A DNA stretch of 63,947 nucleotides, filler included, from Octopus bimaculoides (taxonomy: Eukaryota), in the NCBI RefSeq assembly GCF_001194135.2. It is 10 parts of 10 records of this genome, joined end to end, with 100 filler letters (N's around TTAATTAATTAA, not from the genome) between each part and the next. Parts side by side here need not be neighbours in the genome. Positions count along the whole stretch, not along the records: positions 20,583 to 27,842 come from NW_026430518.1; positions 27,943 to 48,235 come from NC_068991.1; 8 more parts are not named here. One strand, given 5' to 3'. The first letter of the stretch is position 1. Each line of letters starts with the position of its first letter. Below the pieces are notes generated by a model that worked only from the letters and a program-made list of their open reading frames with translations, was not told the origin of the DNA and did not search any database. A program made the translations under genes and the position numbers. Shown piece by piece: positions 26,517 to 38,902 of the stretch.

Positions 26517-27023
26517 TCCACAGTTTATTTCAAGATTTCTTTCAAATAGAGAAAGAACCGGTTTTTAACCTAGATCCAAGGTTCTTTCATTGGAATTTTA
26601 ACATCAATAACGGGGTATTTTTGTTTATTTGTTTGTATGTATGCATGTATGTGCAGATTTGTATGTTTTATGTATGGATTCTAATGCATATATTTACACA
26701 TCTAGACACGCTCATATATATTCAAATGATAAACTTCGGGAAAGTTTTACAGATTTTTACAATTCCAGTGATGGATTGGATATGTAGCCTTCGAATTCGC
26801 TTTCTGGTTTTGAGAAGCCTAATTTCTCAAGAGTGGTATTTAGGCAGTGTGTTATATATTGCAGGCTCCCAATAATTACAGGTATAAATCTGAACTTGTA
26901 ATCCAGATAGAGTAACTGCCGATTTCTCAATAGATCAACGTAGGTATTCTCTTTTTCACTGATCTTCAGCTTTATGTTAACATCAGCTGAGCAGCCAATT
27001 TCCAGAATTGTGCACAGTTTCTC
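26517..27023 (-). mobile_element. R4/Dong LINE 3' fragment, same subfamily as 2872-4487
   Basis: Aligns by eye with 2872-3400 (cagttttatttcaagatttc...ggaaagttttacagattttac...gatcttcagc). The 3' end abuts (TACA)n and the 5' end abuts (GACA)/(GATA)n. Confidence 0.88.
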
Positions 27024-29555
27024 TGTCTGCCTGTCTGTCTGTCTGATTGTCTATCTGTTTATATTTCTCTCTCTCTCTCTATCTATCTATATATATNNNN
27101 NNNNNNNNNNNNNNNNNNNNNNNNNNNNNNNNNNNNNNNNNNNNNNNNNNNNNNNNNNNNNNNNNNNNNNNNNNNNNNNNNNNNNNNNNNNNNNNNNNNN
27201 NNNNNNNNNNNNATATATATTTATATATATATATTTATCTGTTCGTATACGCATAAATGCCATAAAGTGTACTCACTACTTAGAGTGTTACCATTTACTG
27301 GAAGTTGAACGAAACCTTACTGATGATGTATGGGATTATGAAGAGAATTCTTAAGCAATAGAGGGATGAACATTCAAACTAGAGACTCGATTATACCATA
27401 AAATATTTTTTGATTTATTTTCAAATGTGGGAATATTGATAATGGCCGCATAATATATTGTATCTGTAAAATGGTTATTACAAGGTGACCTGTTATAAAA
27501 ATAATGATCACAAATGTTGGGAACTAATATTGGCATCTAAAAATAAAGAAGATATACTTCCAACAATATTAGGGAACAAAATTGACTAAAATAGTTCAGA
27601 GAATTGATTATGAGACGCACTGCAATATGCTGATTGTACTTGTGGACGTTTACATGCTAAGATATACTGGAGGTATACTCAACCATATTTGTGTATGTGT
27701 TTTGTATGTGTGTGTATGTGTATGTGGGTGTGCGTGCATGTGTATGTTTGCGTGTGGTTGTGCTGTTGTGTGTTCGCATGTATTCAGTATTTGTAAACAT
27801 ATATATATATACACACATATGTATATGTATGTATATACCTATNNNNNNNNNNNNNNNNNNNNNNNNNNNNNNNNNNNNNNNNNNNNTTAATTAATTAANN
27901 NNNNNNNNNNNNNNNNNNNNNNNNNNNNNNNNNNNNNNNNNNTAGAACACATTACCGAAAACGAAAATCGCCTAACTTAAAAAATAAAAAAGTTACACCC
28001 ATTTTCCCTCAGTGTCTAATTCCAATGTCCACCAAATTCTTTCCCATAAATCCTTATATACTTTGAATCCACGGCATCTAAGTGGTATTTGTTGAAATTT
28101 TCGTTAAAAAGGATCCATTTTTCTGGAAGTTATGAGGCAACAAAGTCGTGGGAAGAGGTACACATATGTGGTTATGCCGACTCTAATATATTATGTCTTA
28201 TTTTATCTAACTCGAAAGGATGAAATGCAAAGTTGATTCCGGCGATATTTAAACTCAGCGCGTAAAGAGACAGAGGAAATATTATCCAACAGAAGGACGG
28301 GGTAGCGAAAGACAGCACGAATATCTGCTTACAGGTCAACGGGATCAGCAATGACCTGGAGTTTAAATAATAAAATCGACCACGATATACTTAAAAAGAA
28401 AGTTAAACGGTTAAAAAAACAGACTATTTATACGTACAGTAGAGTGGGTGTGGTCGACTGTTCGTCAGGTACTTGCTGGCATCGCACGGTAATAAAACGC
28501 ACCGTAAAACACCTCTGCTTATAACCTAGTTTTCTTCCTTCGTAAATATTAAAATAGTTTGAAACGTTACACTAGATATAAAACAGTTTGATTGTAGAGG
28601 AACTGCTGATAAATATACAACTATGAAGGGAGGTAATGGGACAAACAGGAGTAAAAGTTGGAAATGTATTTGCTTGAGTGCGTTCTAATTAGATCCCACT
28701 GTATGAAATGTTCTGGTTAAACGAAATGTTTATGTTTACCAATGTAGGCATGTGTGTATATTTGTCTCTTATCTATAAGACATGCTGTCTCACTACTTTA
28801 CTACGCACCTACATATGTATGTTATGCATCTGTTTAAATGTGTTGTGTGTGTGTGCATGTATGTTTAATTATTGAGTTGGTAAGAAAGTAATTTCGTTTT
28901 TCGCATATAGATAGTTAGGATTTTTTTATGCTTTTTGCCAACGTTATAATTTTTCCCTTTTGACATTTTATTGCCGTTACTGTTAGTTTACTTAAGAAGC
29001 TAATTGCGCGTAATTTTGTTTACAGCTATTAGTTCAGTATCAATTTTAACATGGAGTGCAAAAAGCTGCAGAGGCTCACAAAGAAATACGTGAAGTTTAT
29101 GGTGTTGATTGCTGAACAAAACGCACATGTCAAAAATAGTTTCAAAAATTCTGTTCTGGAGATTTTTGACTCAAAAATGACCAACTTTCTGGCCGATCTT
29201 CTGAAGTTGATGATGACCGAATCAAAGCCATAATTGAATCTTGTCATATAACTGTGCGAGAAACTTCAGAGAGGTTAAATGTATCACAACAAACAAAAAT
29301 CACTTAAAATGTATTGGACTTCTTAAGACGCGCGATATTTGGGTTCCACATAGATTGAAAGAGATTCATTTAACACAACAAAACAATATTTATGATATGC
29401 ATCTCAAACGCAATGAAATCGACCTTTTTCTATTGAAACAAATCATCACTGGTGATGAAAAATGATTTGTCTACAATATCATCAATCGAAAAGGTAATGA
29501 ACCAGCACAAACCACATCGAAAGCTGAATTGCATCTGAAAAAAGAAAAAAAAAGG

Positions 29556-30401
29556 TGTAACAAGAGTTTAAGAGTTGGGCTTTACCAGTTTAGGAAGTAT
29601 ATTTAGATGTGTGCACGTAAGAAGGTTTGGAATGTATAAATGCATGTTTTACATAAAGGTACTAATAAATATCAGAAGGCAATGTTTTTGGTTAACAAAC
29701 ATAATTTAGGTACTACTAAAGCAGCGCGGACCCGAACGCGCAGTCGCGCGTCCTCGCTAGCTAGTCTTGAGTGGTCGATCCTAACCCTATCCCTAACCCT
29801 AACCCTAACCCTATCCCTAAACCGCGTGTGCAAATGAATACGTGTTTAGGGTTAGGGTTAGGGTTAGGATCGACCACTCACGACTAGCTAGCGCGGACGC
29901 GCGACTGCGCGTTCGGGTCCGCGCTGCTTTAGTAGTACCCATAATTTATTCCTTACTCACACATGAAGTAGCTAGCACAACAGAGATAAGTGTACAAGAC
30001 AACAGGGTGTAGGTGACATGAGTTAATTCCTCAATGCACATCAAGGTAGTTAACTCCGGTACTTGGCTGCAAATCTAAAATATCCAATAAGTTTTGAAGT
30101 GGCAGTGAGGTGAGGCAGAAATCCCGTAGCATGTCGAGCTAGATGAGCCACAAGCTTTTTGATAGTTTAGTGTCTACATCTGAATGGGATAAAGCAAAGC
30201 AGTGATGAAAGGGAACCAAGTGTTAACATTCTGACATTTAGATAGCAACTGAATAAATGCTCTTGAAAAGCTAGCATTGTTACTCTGGGCAGAAGTTGTC
30301 ATGTGTATTCTTCTGCCACTAGCTTTTAAAGAATGAAGGAATGCAGCACCAGTGTGCTGCTATGCTGGGGCGAGGTAATTCGACTGCCCTGCTATGCTAC
30401 A
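29556..30401. mobile_element. solo LTR inserted in the mariner transposase
   Basis: Termini TGTAACA...TGCTACA with 4-bp TSD AAGG (29552-29555, 30402-30405). Removing it restores AAG GTC ATG CTG (KVML). Confidence 0.8.
29709..29939. mobile_element. 231-bp foldback MITE with GG...CC ends, 9-bp TSD and telomeric-repeat core (Merlin- or Mutator-like)
   Basis: TIR about 90 bp (ggtactactaaagcagcgcggacccgaacgcgcagtcgcgcgtcc...) with about 3 mismatches. TSD CATAATTTA (29700-29708, 29940-29948). (CCCTAA)-type tract 29780-29820 and (TTAGGG) tract 29846-29868. Confidence 0.9.
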
Positions 30402-31470
30402 AAGGTCATGCTGTAAGTTTGGTGGGATTACAAAAGTATTGTGTATTTTGAGTTGCTTCCAAGGAACCAAACGATCAATTCAGATGTTTATTGTCAACAA
30501 CGAATGAAACTGGAGGAAGCAATTACAGAAAAACGGCAAGAATTGGCAAATCTTAAAGGATTGGTGTTCCACTATGACAACGCTGGATTACACATATCTT
30601 TGCTAACTCATGAAAAATTATTGGAACTTGGTTGGGAAGTGATATCACATCCACCATATAGTCCTAACCTTGCACCAACAGATTACCATTTATTTCGTAG
30701 TTTGCAAAATTCTTTGAATGGTAAAACTTTCAATAATGATGATGACCTGAAATTAGACTTGCTTCAGTTTTTGACTGATAAGGACCAGAAGTTCTATGAG
30801 CGTGGAATCATGAAGTTGCCAGAAAGACAACAAAAGGTCATCGAACAAAATGGAAAATATATAATTGATTAAAGCTTATTCTTTGTATGAAAAAAAAAAT
30901 GACTTCCTTGCCAACCCAATATAACCAAGGAGCAAATCCATAGATGAACTTAATACAGTAAACTCTAGGTTCACACCCAAAAGAAATTATGTATATGTAT
31001 ATATATGTATATATATATAAGAGGCAACACATAATTTTATACATGTATGAATGCACCAACAAAGAAAAACAAAGAGAAAAATAATACACTACCAGATTTA
31101 AAAAAAGTAGTGTACATGTTTGATTCAAATAAATCAAAAGAAATTGGTCAGTCAATAAAATCACTTTTCTATCCCACAGACTGCTTCTATGAAGTCACTG
31201 CAATGATTAGCTCCTAGGATTAGGTGGCTTCATCTATGCTGCCCACCATCCCTGCATTGCCAGCATCCAATGAGTTCTTACCACTGTGGTGCCACCAGCT
31301 ATACCCTCCCTCGATGAAACCTGGGAACATAGCAATTGCATTATTGGCAGCATTATTAATGTTGCCAATATAAAATCACAATTTTATGCTAAATTTCAGT
31401 CGAATAAAATGTTAAAAATTGCTTTAAAAATGGTAGATAAGAAAGAACAGAATGTTACAGTTCAAATATG

Positions 31471-31518
<48 letters not shown>

Positions 31519-32409
31519 CATAATGGGTAATTGGGGTAAAATAAGTAATTTCTAATTTCTTGTTATATTTTCCTTACCCGTTTGAAACAATTACATTGCA
31601 AGTACTACATCACCATCTTGTATTGTTGATTCATCTTTGGGAATAAAAATTGGTCAGCATCATTGTTGTTGAAATTGAGAGTTTGAGACAGTCAGGTGAC
31701 AAATACTTTTTTTTTCAAGAAATTTTTCTTCAGCTTTGATATGATTGTAATTGAGGTTGCTAATAAAATATCTGACTAATCTATTGTTCTTAACATTCAA
31801 AATTCTTTACTCTTGTTAGATTTCAAGTCAATTTTTCCTACACTAATGTCTAGTTTGATAGTTTACAATTTCTAAAACATGATGTCTTAAGTGGGACAAA
31901 ATGAGTAAAGATTAATTTCAATAATCTTTTTATCTTTTTAATAGAATGGTACCTAAATATACCAGGAAGAGATCATGAAGAAGCTAATGAGAATATTTTT
32001 ATGTTGAGTTTTTAGATTTAGTCAAGTTTCACTAATTTGATGTTATGTGCCATTTTCCCAAGATCCTTTTTGATATGACCTAGATATTTTAAACTTTTGT
32101 TGCATTTCTGATCCTTTTGATGTCTAAGGATGGATACTGATGTGTATGAATCTTTTCCCAAATGTATATTTCAAGAACTGACAAGGTAAATTTACTTTGT
32201 CTTGGCTTACTCATTTTGCCCCAGCTAAATTTGTCTTTCATATGTTCAAAGAGAACGGAGATAATTTTCTGAAATAGTGTTCTGAATATTAGAAATGATC
32301 TAATTATAAATCTCACCACTGCTGCTTAATTCTTTCTGTGAGATTTATAATTAGATCATTTCTAATTTTTGTAATCAGTGAATGTGTTTTCACTAAAAAT
32401 ATATATATT

Positions 32410-32570
32410 TGTGAGTGGGTGGGGCTGCTTGTCTCCCTCTTGCAAATATAAGGACACAGGAAATGTGTCAAGGCCAACAGGAAGCAGTCCAGCTTCCTAG
32501 GGCTAAATAGCAGCAGTATGATTCCCTTATTGGGACTGTCACATTGAGTTGAAAGTATATAATTGTTCTG
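32410..32570. mobile_element. MITE family C, right-arm fragment
   Basis: cttgtctccctcttgcaaatataaggacacaggaaatgtg...ttcctagggctaaatagcagcag...gggactgtcacattgagttg. Confidence 0.65.
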
Positions 32571-32639
32571 AATATGTTATAGTGTTTTTAATGCATTTAG
32601 AGCTCATTTGCTAAGCTGATATAGTTTTTGTAAGATACT

Positions 32640-33033
32640 CTCTTTTAAATGTCTCAGTCATTTGACTGTGGCCATGCTGGAGCACTGTCTTTACTTGAAG
32701 AAATCGACCCCAGAACTTATTCTTTGTAAGCCTAGTACTTATTCTATCGGTCTCTTTTGCCAAACCAATAAGTTACAGGGACGTAAACACACCAACATCA
32801 GTTGTCAAATGATGGTGGAGGTGGGGACAAACACAGACACAAATACATGCACACACACACACACACACATATACATACGCAACAGGCTTCTTGCAGTTTT
32901 TGTCATCCAAATCCACTCAAGGCTTTGGTCAGCCTGAGGCTATAATAGAAGACGCTTGTCCAAGGTACCATGCAATGGGACTGAACCCAGAACCATGTGG
33001 TTGGGAAGCAAACTTCTTACCACACGGCCACTC

Positions 33034-33034
<1 letters not shown>
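32640..33034 (-). mobile_element. SINE family A, full length
   Basis: Tail cagtcatttgactgtggccatgctggagcac. Head gggactgaacccagaaccatgtggttgggaagcaaacttcttaccacacggccac. Confidence 0.88.
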
Positions 33035-33081
<47 letters not shown>

Positions 33082-33339
33082 ATATATATATTATTATATG
33101 TATTTATTTTCTCCTAATTAATAAATAACTCGGACAAAATAAATTGGTTAATAGATACCAGGGTAGCAAAGATCACAAAATAACTGTGGTGTAACTCCTA
33201 TATAATTTGTAATCTTCGAAACATATGTTGGAAATAAAAGTATACAGTTAACATAAGCGTTTTACTCATTAAATTTACTTCATTAAATTTATATATATAT
33301 ATACACATACACACACACATATATATATACACATATATG

Positions 33340-33431
<92 letters not shown>

Positions 33432-33918
33432 AATTAAGCAGAAAATGGAGAAATCTTTCTCAACAACAATTAATTAACATTGATTATTATTTTTTAATAC
33501 AACATCTAAAAGCCGTTTCTGCTTCCAATGTCATACTTTGTTGCCATTGAAAATTCTGAGAATAATATTAGTCATATTTTGTAACACATCCGATCTGAAA
33601 ATGGAGCTTCATCAGAGTGAAGAAAAATACATAAAGAAAAGAAAAGAAAAAGAGCCTTGAGAGGAAGAATGAAGGCTCAATATATTTAAATCATACTATT
33701 TTGTAGTGTAATGCTTCAGGACATTGAGTAAATGACTAAACTAGAACTTAAACTGACCGATTATATCGAAAGCTGGACTTTGGTCAATCCCATTATGGGC
33801 AATAGGTGGTTGGTCTTGACAACATATCAGCAAGTAAATAATTGTTATCAATTGATGGGCATTTTATTAGGATTAACTATTAATTAGTACTATTAACATA
33901 ACCTTCAGAACTATTATG

Positions 33919-34480
33919 GGATCTTTTTTAAAACGGGGGCCACATTTTTCATTAATGTTTTACGTAGTGTTTTTGGTACGGAAAGACTTTCAAACTTCGT
34001 ATACTTATCTATTTTGTGTTATAGAACCGAAAAATATTTTTGTATTCGAATTTATTTCATGTAAAAAATTGTCTTATTTCGATAATTTCAACCAATCACT
34101 GACGTCCATTCAGTCGATATACATTAAGTGCCGACTACATAAACAAACAATTCTTCGTTTTATTTGCTTTTTTCATTTTAAATTTGCTTTAACCCTAACC
34201 CTAACCTTAACCCTAACCCTAGGGTTAGGGTTAGAGTTAGGGTTAGGGTTAGGATTAATTGTTTCAGAATCGTTTGTTTATGTATATCGGCTGAATGGAC
34301 GTCAGTGATTGGTTGAAATTACAGAAATACGACAACTTTAACATGGAATAATTTATGGATTTCTTTTTTTTTAAAGAAGACTAAGAGAAAAAGATGTTTT
34401 ATATGACACATTCTACCAGTGTTCCAAGTTTCAAAGTGTTTTGTTAATGAAAAATGTGGCCCCCGTTTTAAAAAAGATCC
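33919..34480. mobile_element. 562-bp MITE with GG...CC ends, 37-bp perfect TIR, 8-bp TSD and central telomeric palindrome (Merlin- or hAT-like)
   Basis: TIR ggatcttttttaaaacgggggccacatttttcattaa. TSD CTATTATG (33911-33918, 34481-34488). Inner inverted repeat 34084-34124 / 34280-34320. (CCCTAA)5|(TTAGGG)5-type core at 34190-34253. Confidence 0.9.
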
Positions 34481-34908
34481 CTATTATGATTACTTCTAAA
34501 CATTATGGCACTATCACTCCATCTTTTTCTAGACCTATTGGCATATCCCATTATGGTAAAGTATTTGTTTTACTTTTTTATTATTTATATGCCCTGTTAC
34601 CCCTAAAGAAAGATTAACCCACTAATTAATATTTTACAGCTGTTAGATGGAATAAAGTTTTGTATCAAAAAATAATAATCGATGTTAGTCAATTGTTGTT
34701 GATTAAGATTTCTCCATTTCTTGCTTAATTTAAATTTGATTCCTGATAAACTCATGTTTATCTTTGTTGTTGCCTGTATCCTATGAGCATAATATGGTTG
34801 CATATGTATACCCAGGGTTAACATAGGTAATTATACCGGTTGTAAAATGGATATTTTTATATCCCTTAGACAGTTATTCTAACCTCTAACCTTATATATA
34901 TGTATGTA

Positions 34909-34944
<36 letters not shown>

Positions 34945-35149
34945 CATACATACATATATTTATATACATATAGGGAAAGAAAGCTTCTTACCACACAACA
35001 TGTCTGTGCCTGTGAACATTTATAAACTATTTTTTCTCAAAGTCAAAAATACAGTGAATATTACTCATTCTGCCCCACCCCTATTATAATGAATGATTTT
35101 TATTTACATTTTTATTTATATTCCTTAATTTATATTCAGCATTGAGAAA

Positions 35150-36480
35150 TAATTTCTTCATTTCCACAATTTCAGCTTCAGCTGCAGTCTCTGGGTCTTG
35201 ACTTTTGTATACATCGAAGGTCCCAATCTTGTTAGATACAGGTTTTGAAATATCGAAAGTTTTGCAGCATTTGAGCTCTCATTTTAGGTCATATTTTACA
35301 GAAAGCATTGCCTGGAAGAATTTTAGTTGAACAAATCGACCCTAGTACTTACTTCTCTTTTAAGCCTGATACTTATTCTATTGGTCTCTTTTGCTGAACC
35401 ACTAAGTTATGAGGATATAAACGCACCAATACTGATTGTCAAGCAGTGGTAGGAGGGACAAAGACACACGCACACACACAACCCCTCCCCCACACACAAC
35501 CCCTCNNNNNNNNNNNNNNNNNNNNNNNNNNNNNNNNNNNNNNNNNNNNNNNNNNNNNNNNNNNNNNNNNNNNNNNNNNNNNNNNNNNNNNNNNNNNNNN
35601 NNNNNNNNNNNNNNNNNNNNNNNNNNNNNNNNNNNNNNNNNNNNNNNNNNNNNNNNNNNNNNNNNNNNNNNNNNNNNNNNNNNNNNNNNNNNNNNNNNNN
35701 NNNNNNNNNNNNNNNNNNNNNNNNNNNNNNNNNNNNNNNNNNNNGAGCGCTTTATACAGGTAGAGTAAAAATTGTTGTACTCTTTTATGAATATTATTTC
35801 CTTTGGTAGCTGTTACAGTCTTCTTAATTATCATCTCTGTTATCTTTCTCTTGAGCCTGTAGCTTAAATTTGGTTTAGAATTAAAAAAATTCTTCAATAT
35901 ACGCATTAGGACCAATTGTACATGTTAGCATTACTATCAAATTAGCAATAGATTTGATTAAATTTAGTTTAACTTTGATTCAAACAGCTTGTTTGCTTCT
36001 TGAAAATGTTTTAGAACTGGATGCAAAAATAAAGTGGAATTTCATTCCTAGAATCACAAAACATTTCGTATATTGTTTGAGCTGTAAAGCACTTTTCTTT
36101 TGGACTTGTAGTTTGGAAACGAGTTTATAATTCAAATTAAAATGGCTTAAAATTCTACTTACAGCTGGTTCTTTTGAAAGCTACCTAGATGCATAAGAGT
36201 TTATAATCTTCAAGGGCTCCTTATCATTGATTGCAAAGTAAAACTGCTTGTAGGTTCTTTGACCAGTTGCAGAGTGAGAGATGCTAAAAATTCTAAGTTT
36301 CTAGGCAGGCATTCAGCACAAGTGAGGGATACTGCCAACTGTAAAGAATGACATACACATTTAAATAAAAGTAATGATGAAACTTCCTCTCTTAATTTCT
36401 GGAAAACACCATTGTTGATTCCTACTGTTACACTGGTATTGTTGGTTCCTATGGCCAGCAAATTTTATGTAGAGGACTCA
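35150..36480 (-). pseudogene. decayed hAT-superfamily (ZNF862/Charlie-like) transposase, split by a SINE and a gap
   Basis: ORF 36210-36461 has IGTNNTSVTVGINNGVFQKLREEVSSLLLFKCVCHSLQLAVS (D..ASVMVG / CxxH motif). C-terminal AMLSVKYDLK*ELKCCKTFDISKPVSNKIGTF lies at about 35200-35310. Confidence 0.75.
35322..35470 (-). mobile_element. SINE family A, 3' half, inserted in the hAT relic
   Basis: gaacaaatcgaccctagtact...ctattggtctcttttgctgaaccactaagtt...gacaaagacac. Confidence 0.75.
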
Positions 36481-37974
36481 GATGTTGACATGAGTTATCT
36501 TCCCACCCCTGCATTTGCTCAGGCCTGAAAAGTTAACAATAAAGTACAAACTTTGGAGTATTGTGAAACTGAAAGAAAAAAATTCAACAACAAGTGATAG
36601 TACTAAAAAAAAAGAAGAAAGTAAAACAAGTAGAAAAAAGAGGAAAAAGAGAAGATAGAAAAAGATTAACTATTGTGAAAATGTCATAATCAGAGGAAAA
36701 TGCTAAAAACATGTAAAATAAATGTTTCCAAAACTGTTAGTTTCCCTGGTAAATGCTTAGAAAAAATGCTAGACCTTGCATTAAAAATGCTAAATTGGTA
36801 ACATTAGACATAATGTTGAAGTTACATGATACATGGCTCTCTGCTCTCACATGATATAAATTTCCCCCTCCACATCATGTAGAATTTGTGTCTCATGAGT
36901 TTCTACATCACATGCCAGGAAGTTGACTCCACCACTTTTTGGTGATGTTCTTCTTAGTCTCACTGGAGTGGCTGTTGATAATGTCTTGAGTTTTTCAGCA
37001 CCAGCTCAGCTATCTTGGTGGCATTTGTTTACTGAGAATGTTTCTGCCTTTTGGCCATGGACAACAAGTCCTTGTTAGAGGCCTCCAGCTTTTTCCTGTT
37101 CCTGAACACAAAAGTTTCGACCATGTTCATGAAGCTGATGGTCTCCTTATCAATATAGTTAGTGGGTAGAGCCACTTGGATGGTATACTTTGTCAGAAAC
37201 ATTTATGTGTATCAGCCATAGAATGTGTGAGTACGTTTAGAACTTTTACTTGTATCAGTCATTAGACTGCAGCCATGCTGGGGGCACCACCTTGAAGAAT
37301 TGTAATTGTTTAATTAATGATGAGTTGTTAAAGCTACAAATTTGCAAGTCAGGTTATCTACTAACATGCTAGCCTAATTTGTGACTGCTTTATGTAGCAA
37401 CTGATCTCTGCTATTGATTAGGGAAGGAAGCTGAGTCATCTTCTCTGCTGAATGATTTACAAATTGTAAAATGCTTTGTCAGGAGACTCTGTTCTCTTGT
37501 TTTTATACATCAATAACACAGAAAGAATGGGTTTAAGTTAGGGTGAAATTGAAATTTATTTAAGTTCTTTTAGTTTATGCTGTGTTGTGCATAAAAAAAG
37601 ATGTCCTTCAATATATTTACATATGTTGAAAGTTTAATCATATATATTCTGTGGTTGTATTGTTAAAACTATTGCTTGATTACAGGTTCAATCCTGCTCT
37701 GTCTTTCGTCACTTAGTAAAGCTGTGTGTGTGCGGTGGTTGGGTGATGGGAGACCAGTACCTCTGGGTGTTTTTGAGTGTTAGGGGAGAGGGGAGGAAAC
37801 ACCCTCAATCAGAAACTTGGTCCAAATGTTTGCAAAAGGTACTCCAAGTGACAAGTGGTGGTGATGATAATGATAGTGAAGGGTGTTGGTGGTGGTTGTG
37901 GTGGTATTAAACCATAAGACAACTTAAAAGATGCAAATATTCAGAGCAGACATCTTACCTTGATGTCCTTACAA

Positions 37975-38110
37975 TTGCACCATCCAGTCATCTGCAGCCG
38001 ATACTTTATTTTATTGACTCCAGAATGCTAAAGGGCAAAGTTAACCTCAGCAGGATTTGAACTCAGAATGTAGAGATCTGGAACAAATACTGCTTGGCAT
38101 TTTGTGCTCT
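37975..38110 (-). mobile_element. SINE family B fragment
   Basis: atactttattttattgactcc...aaagggcaaagttaacctcagcaggatttgaactcagaatgtag. Confidence 0.65.
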
Positions 38111-38691
38111 GCTTTAGATATTTTACCACCACCCCGCTCTACTAATCCATCGTACTATGATAATACACCGTATCTCCCCGTTACTCCACTGCATCTCTTT
38201 GCAAATTTGCGGCATCTCAGTCATTTAGGTTGGACAATATGTTGTTAGTAAAATTTGGCAGATGAAAACTGGGTGGTAGTTGCACGCAAGCACGCACATA
38301 CACATATGTGCGCATGAATGGCTAAAAAGTTTGCTTCCCAATCGCGAGACCTTGTGTTCAATACCATTGCCTAGTATCGATTGTCTTTGACCCCTTCCTT
38401 CGACACGTGCCCCAGGAATACTCAGCGCTTTACATGTCAATTCAAGAAGTAGGCTGTTCCGTTGATCATGCAATTAAAAGCATTCAACTTCGAAACCATC
38501 GGAGACTCCATTTTAATATTTATGTATAGTGGCATCTCTTTTGCTAACATATATCAAGGAAGAGTGTAACCAACTTTTTAAAAAATGGTTTACAACTGGT
38601 ACTCTTTGAAAGAAATCCCTTGCGATATTTGTTTTGCACTGAGTTATACCCACTACCTTGCCCCTCTCACCTTCAGAAATGCAGTAAACCA

Positions 38692-38757
38692 ATCAGTTGC
38701 ACCAATGAAAACCAAGGATGTTGTTGAACAATTCCAAAACTCAAGCAAAAAAAAACA

Positions 38758-38791
<34 letters not shown>

Positions 38792-38902
38792 CAGTTGCAC
38801 CAATGAAAACCAAGGATGTTGTTGAACAATTCCAAAACACAAGCAAAAAAAAAACAAAAAAAACAAAACAAAACAAAATAAAACAAAACAAAACAAAAAT
38901 TC
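38692..38902. repeat. about 100-bp tandem duplication ending in (AAAAC)n
   Basis: cagttgcaccaatgaaaaccaaggatgttgttgaacaattccaaaac...aaaacaaaaatt occurs twice head-to-tail. Confidence 0.92.

Larger units (their letters stand above)
28872..30919 (+). mobile_element. mariner transposon (DD34D), full extent, dead, interrupted by a solo LTR
   Basis: TIRs ttgagttggtaagaaagtaattt / aaatgacttccttgccaacccaa with TA flanks. HTH region AAEAHKEIREVYG...SGRSSEVDDD, IITGDEK, KVML*VWWDY, FHYDNA, HPPYSPNLAPTDYHLF (ORF 30441-30872). Net length is about 1.2 kb after removing the insert. Confidence 0.93.

Noticed and set aside
29780-34253. Telomere-fusion scar or true chromosome end
   Set aside because: The repeat order is CCCTAA then TTAGGG (opposite to a fusion), the tracts are short, and they sit inside TSD-bounded elements.
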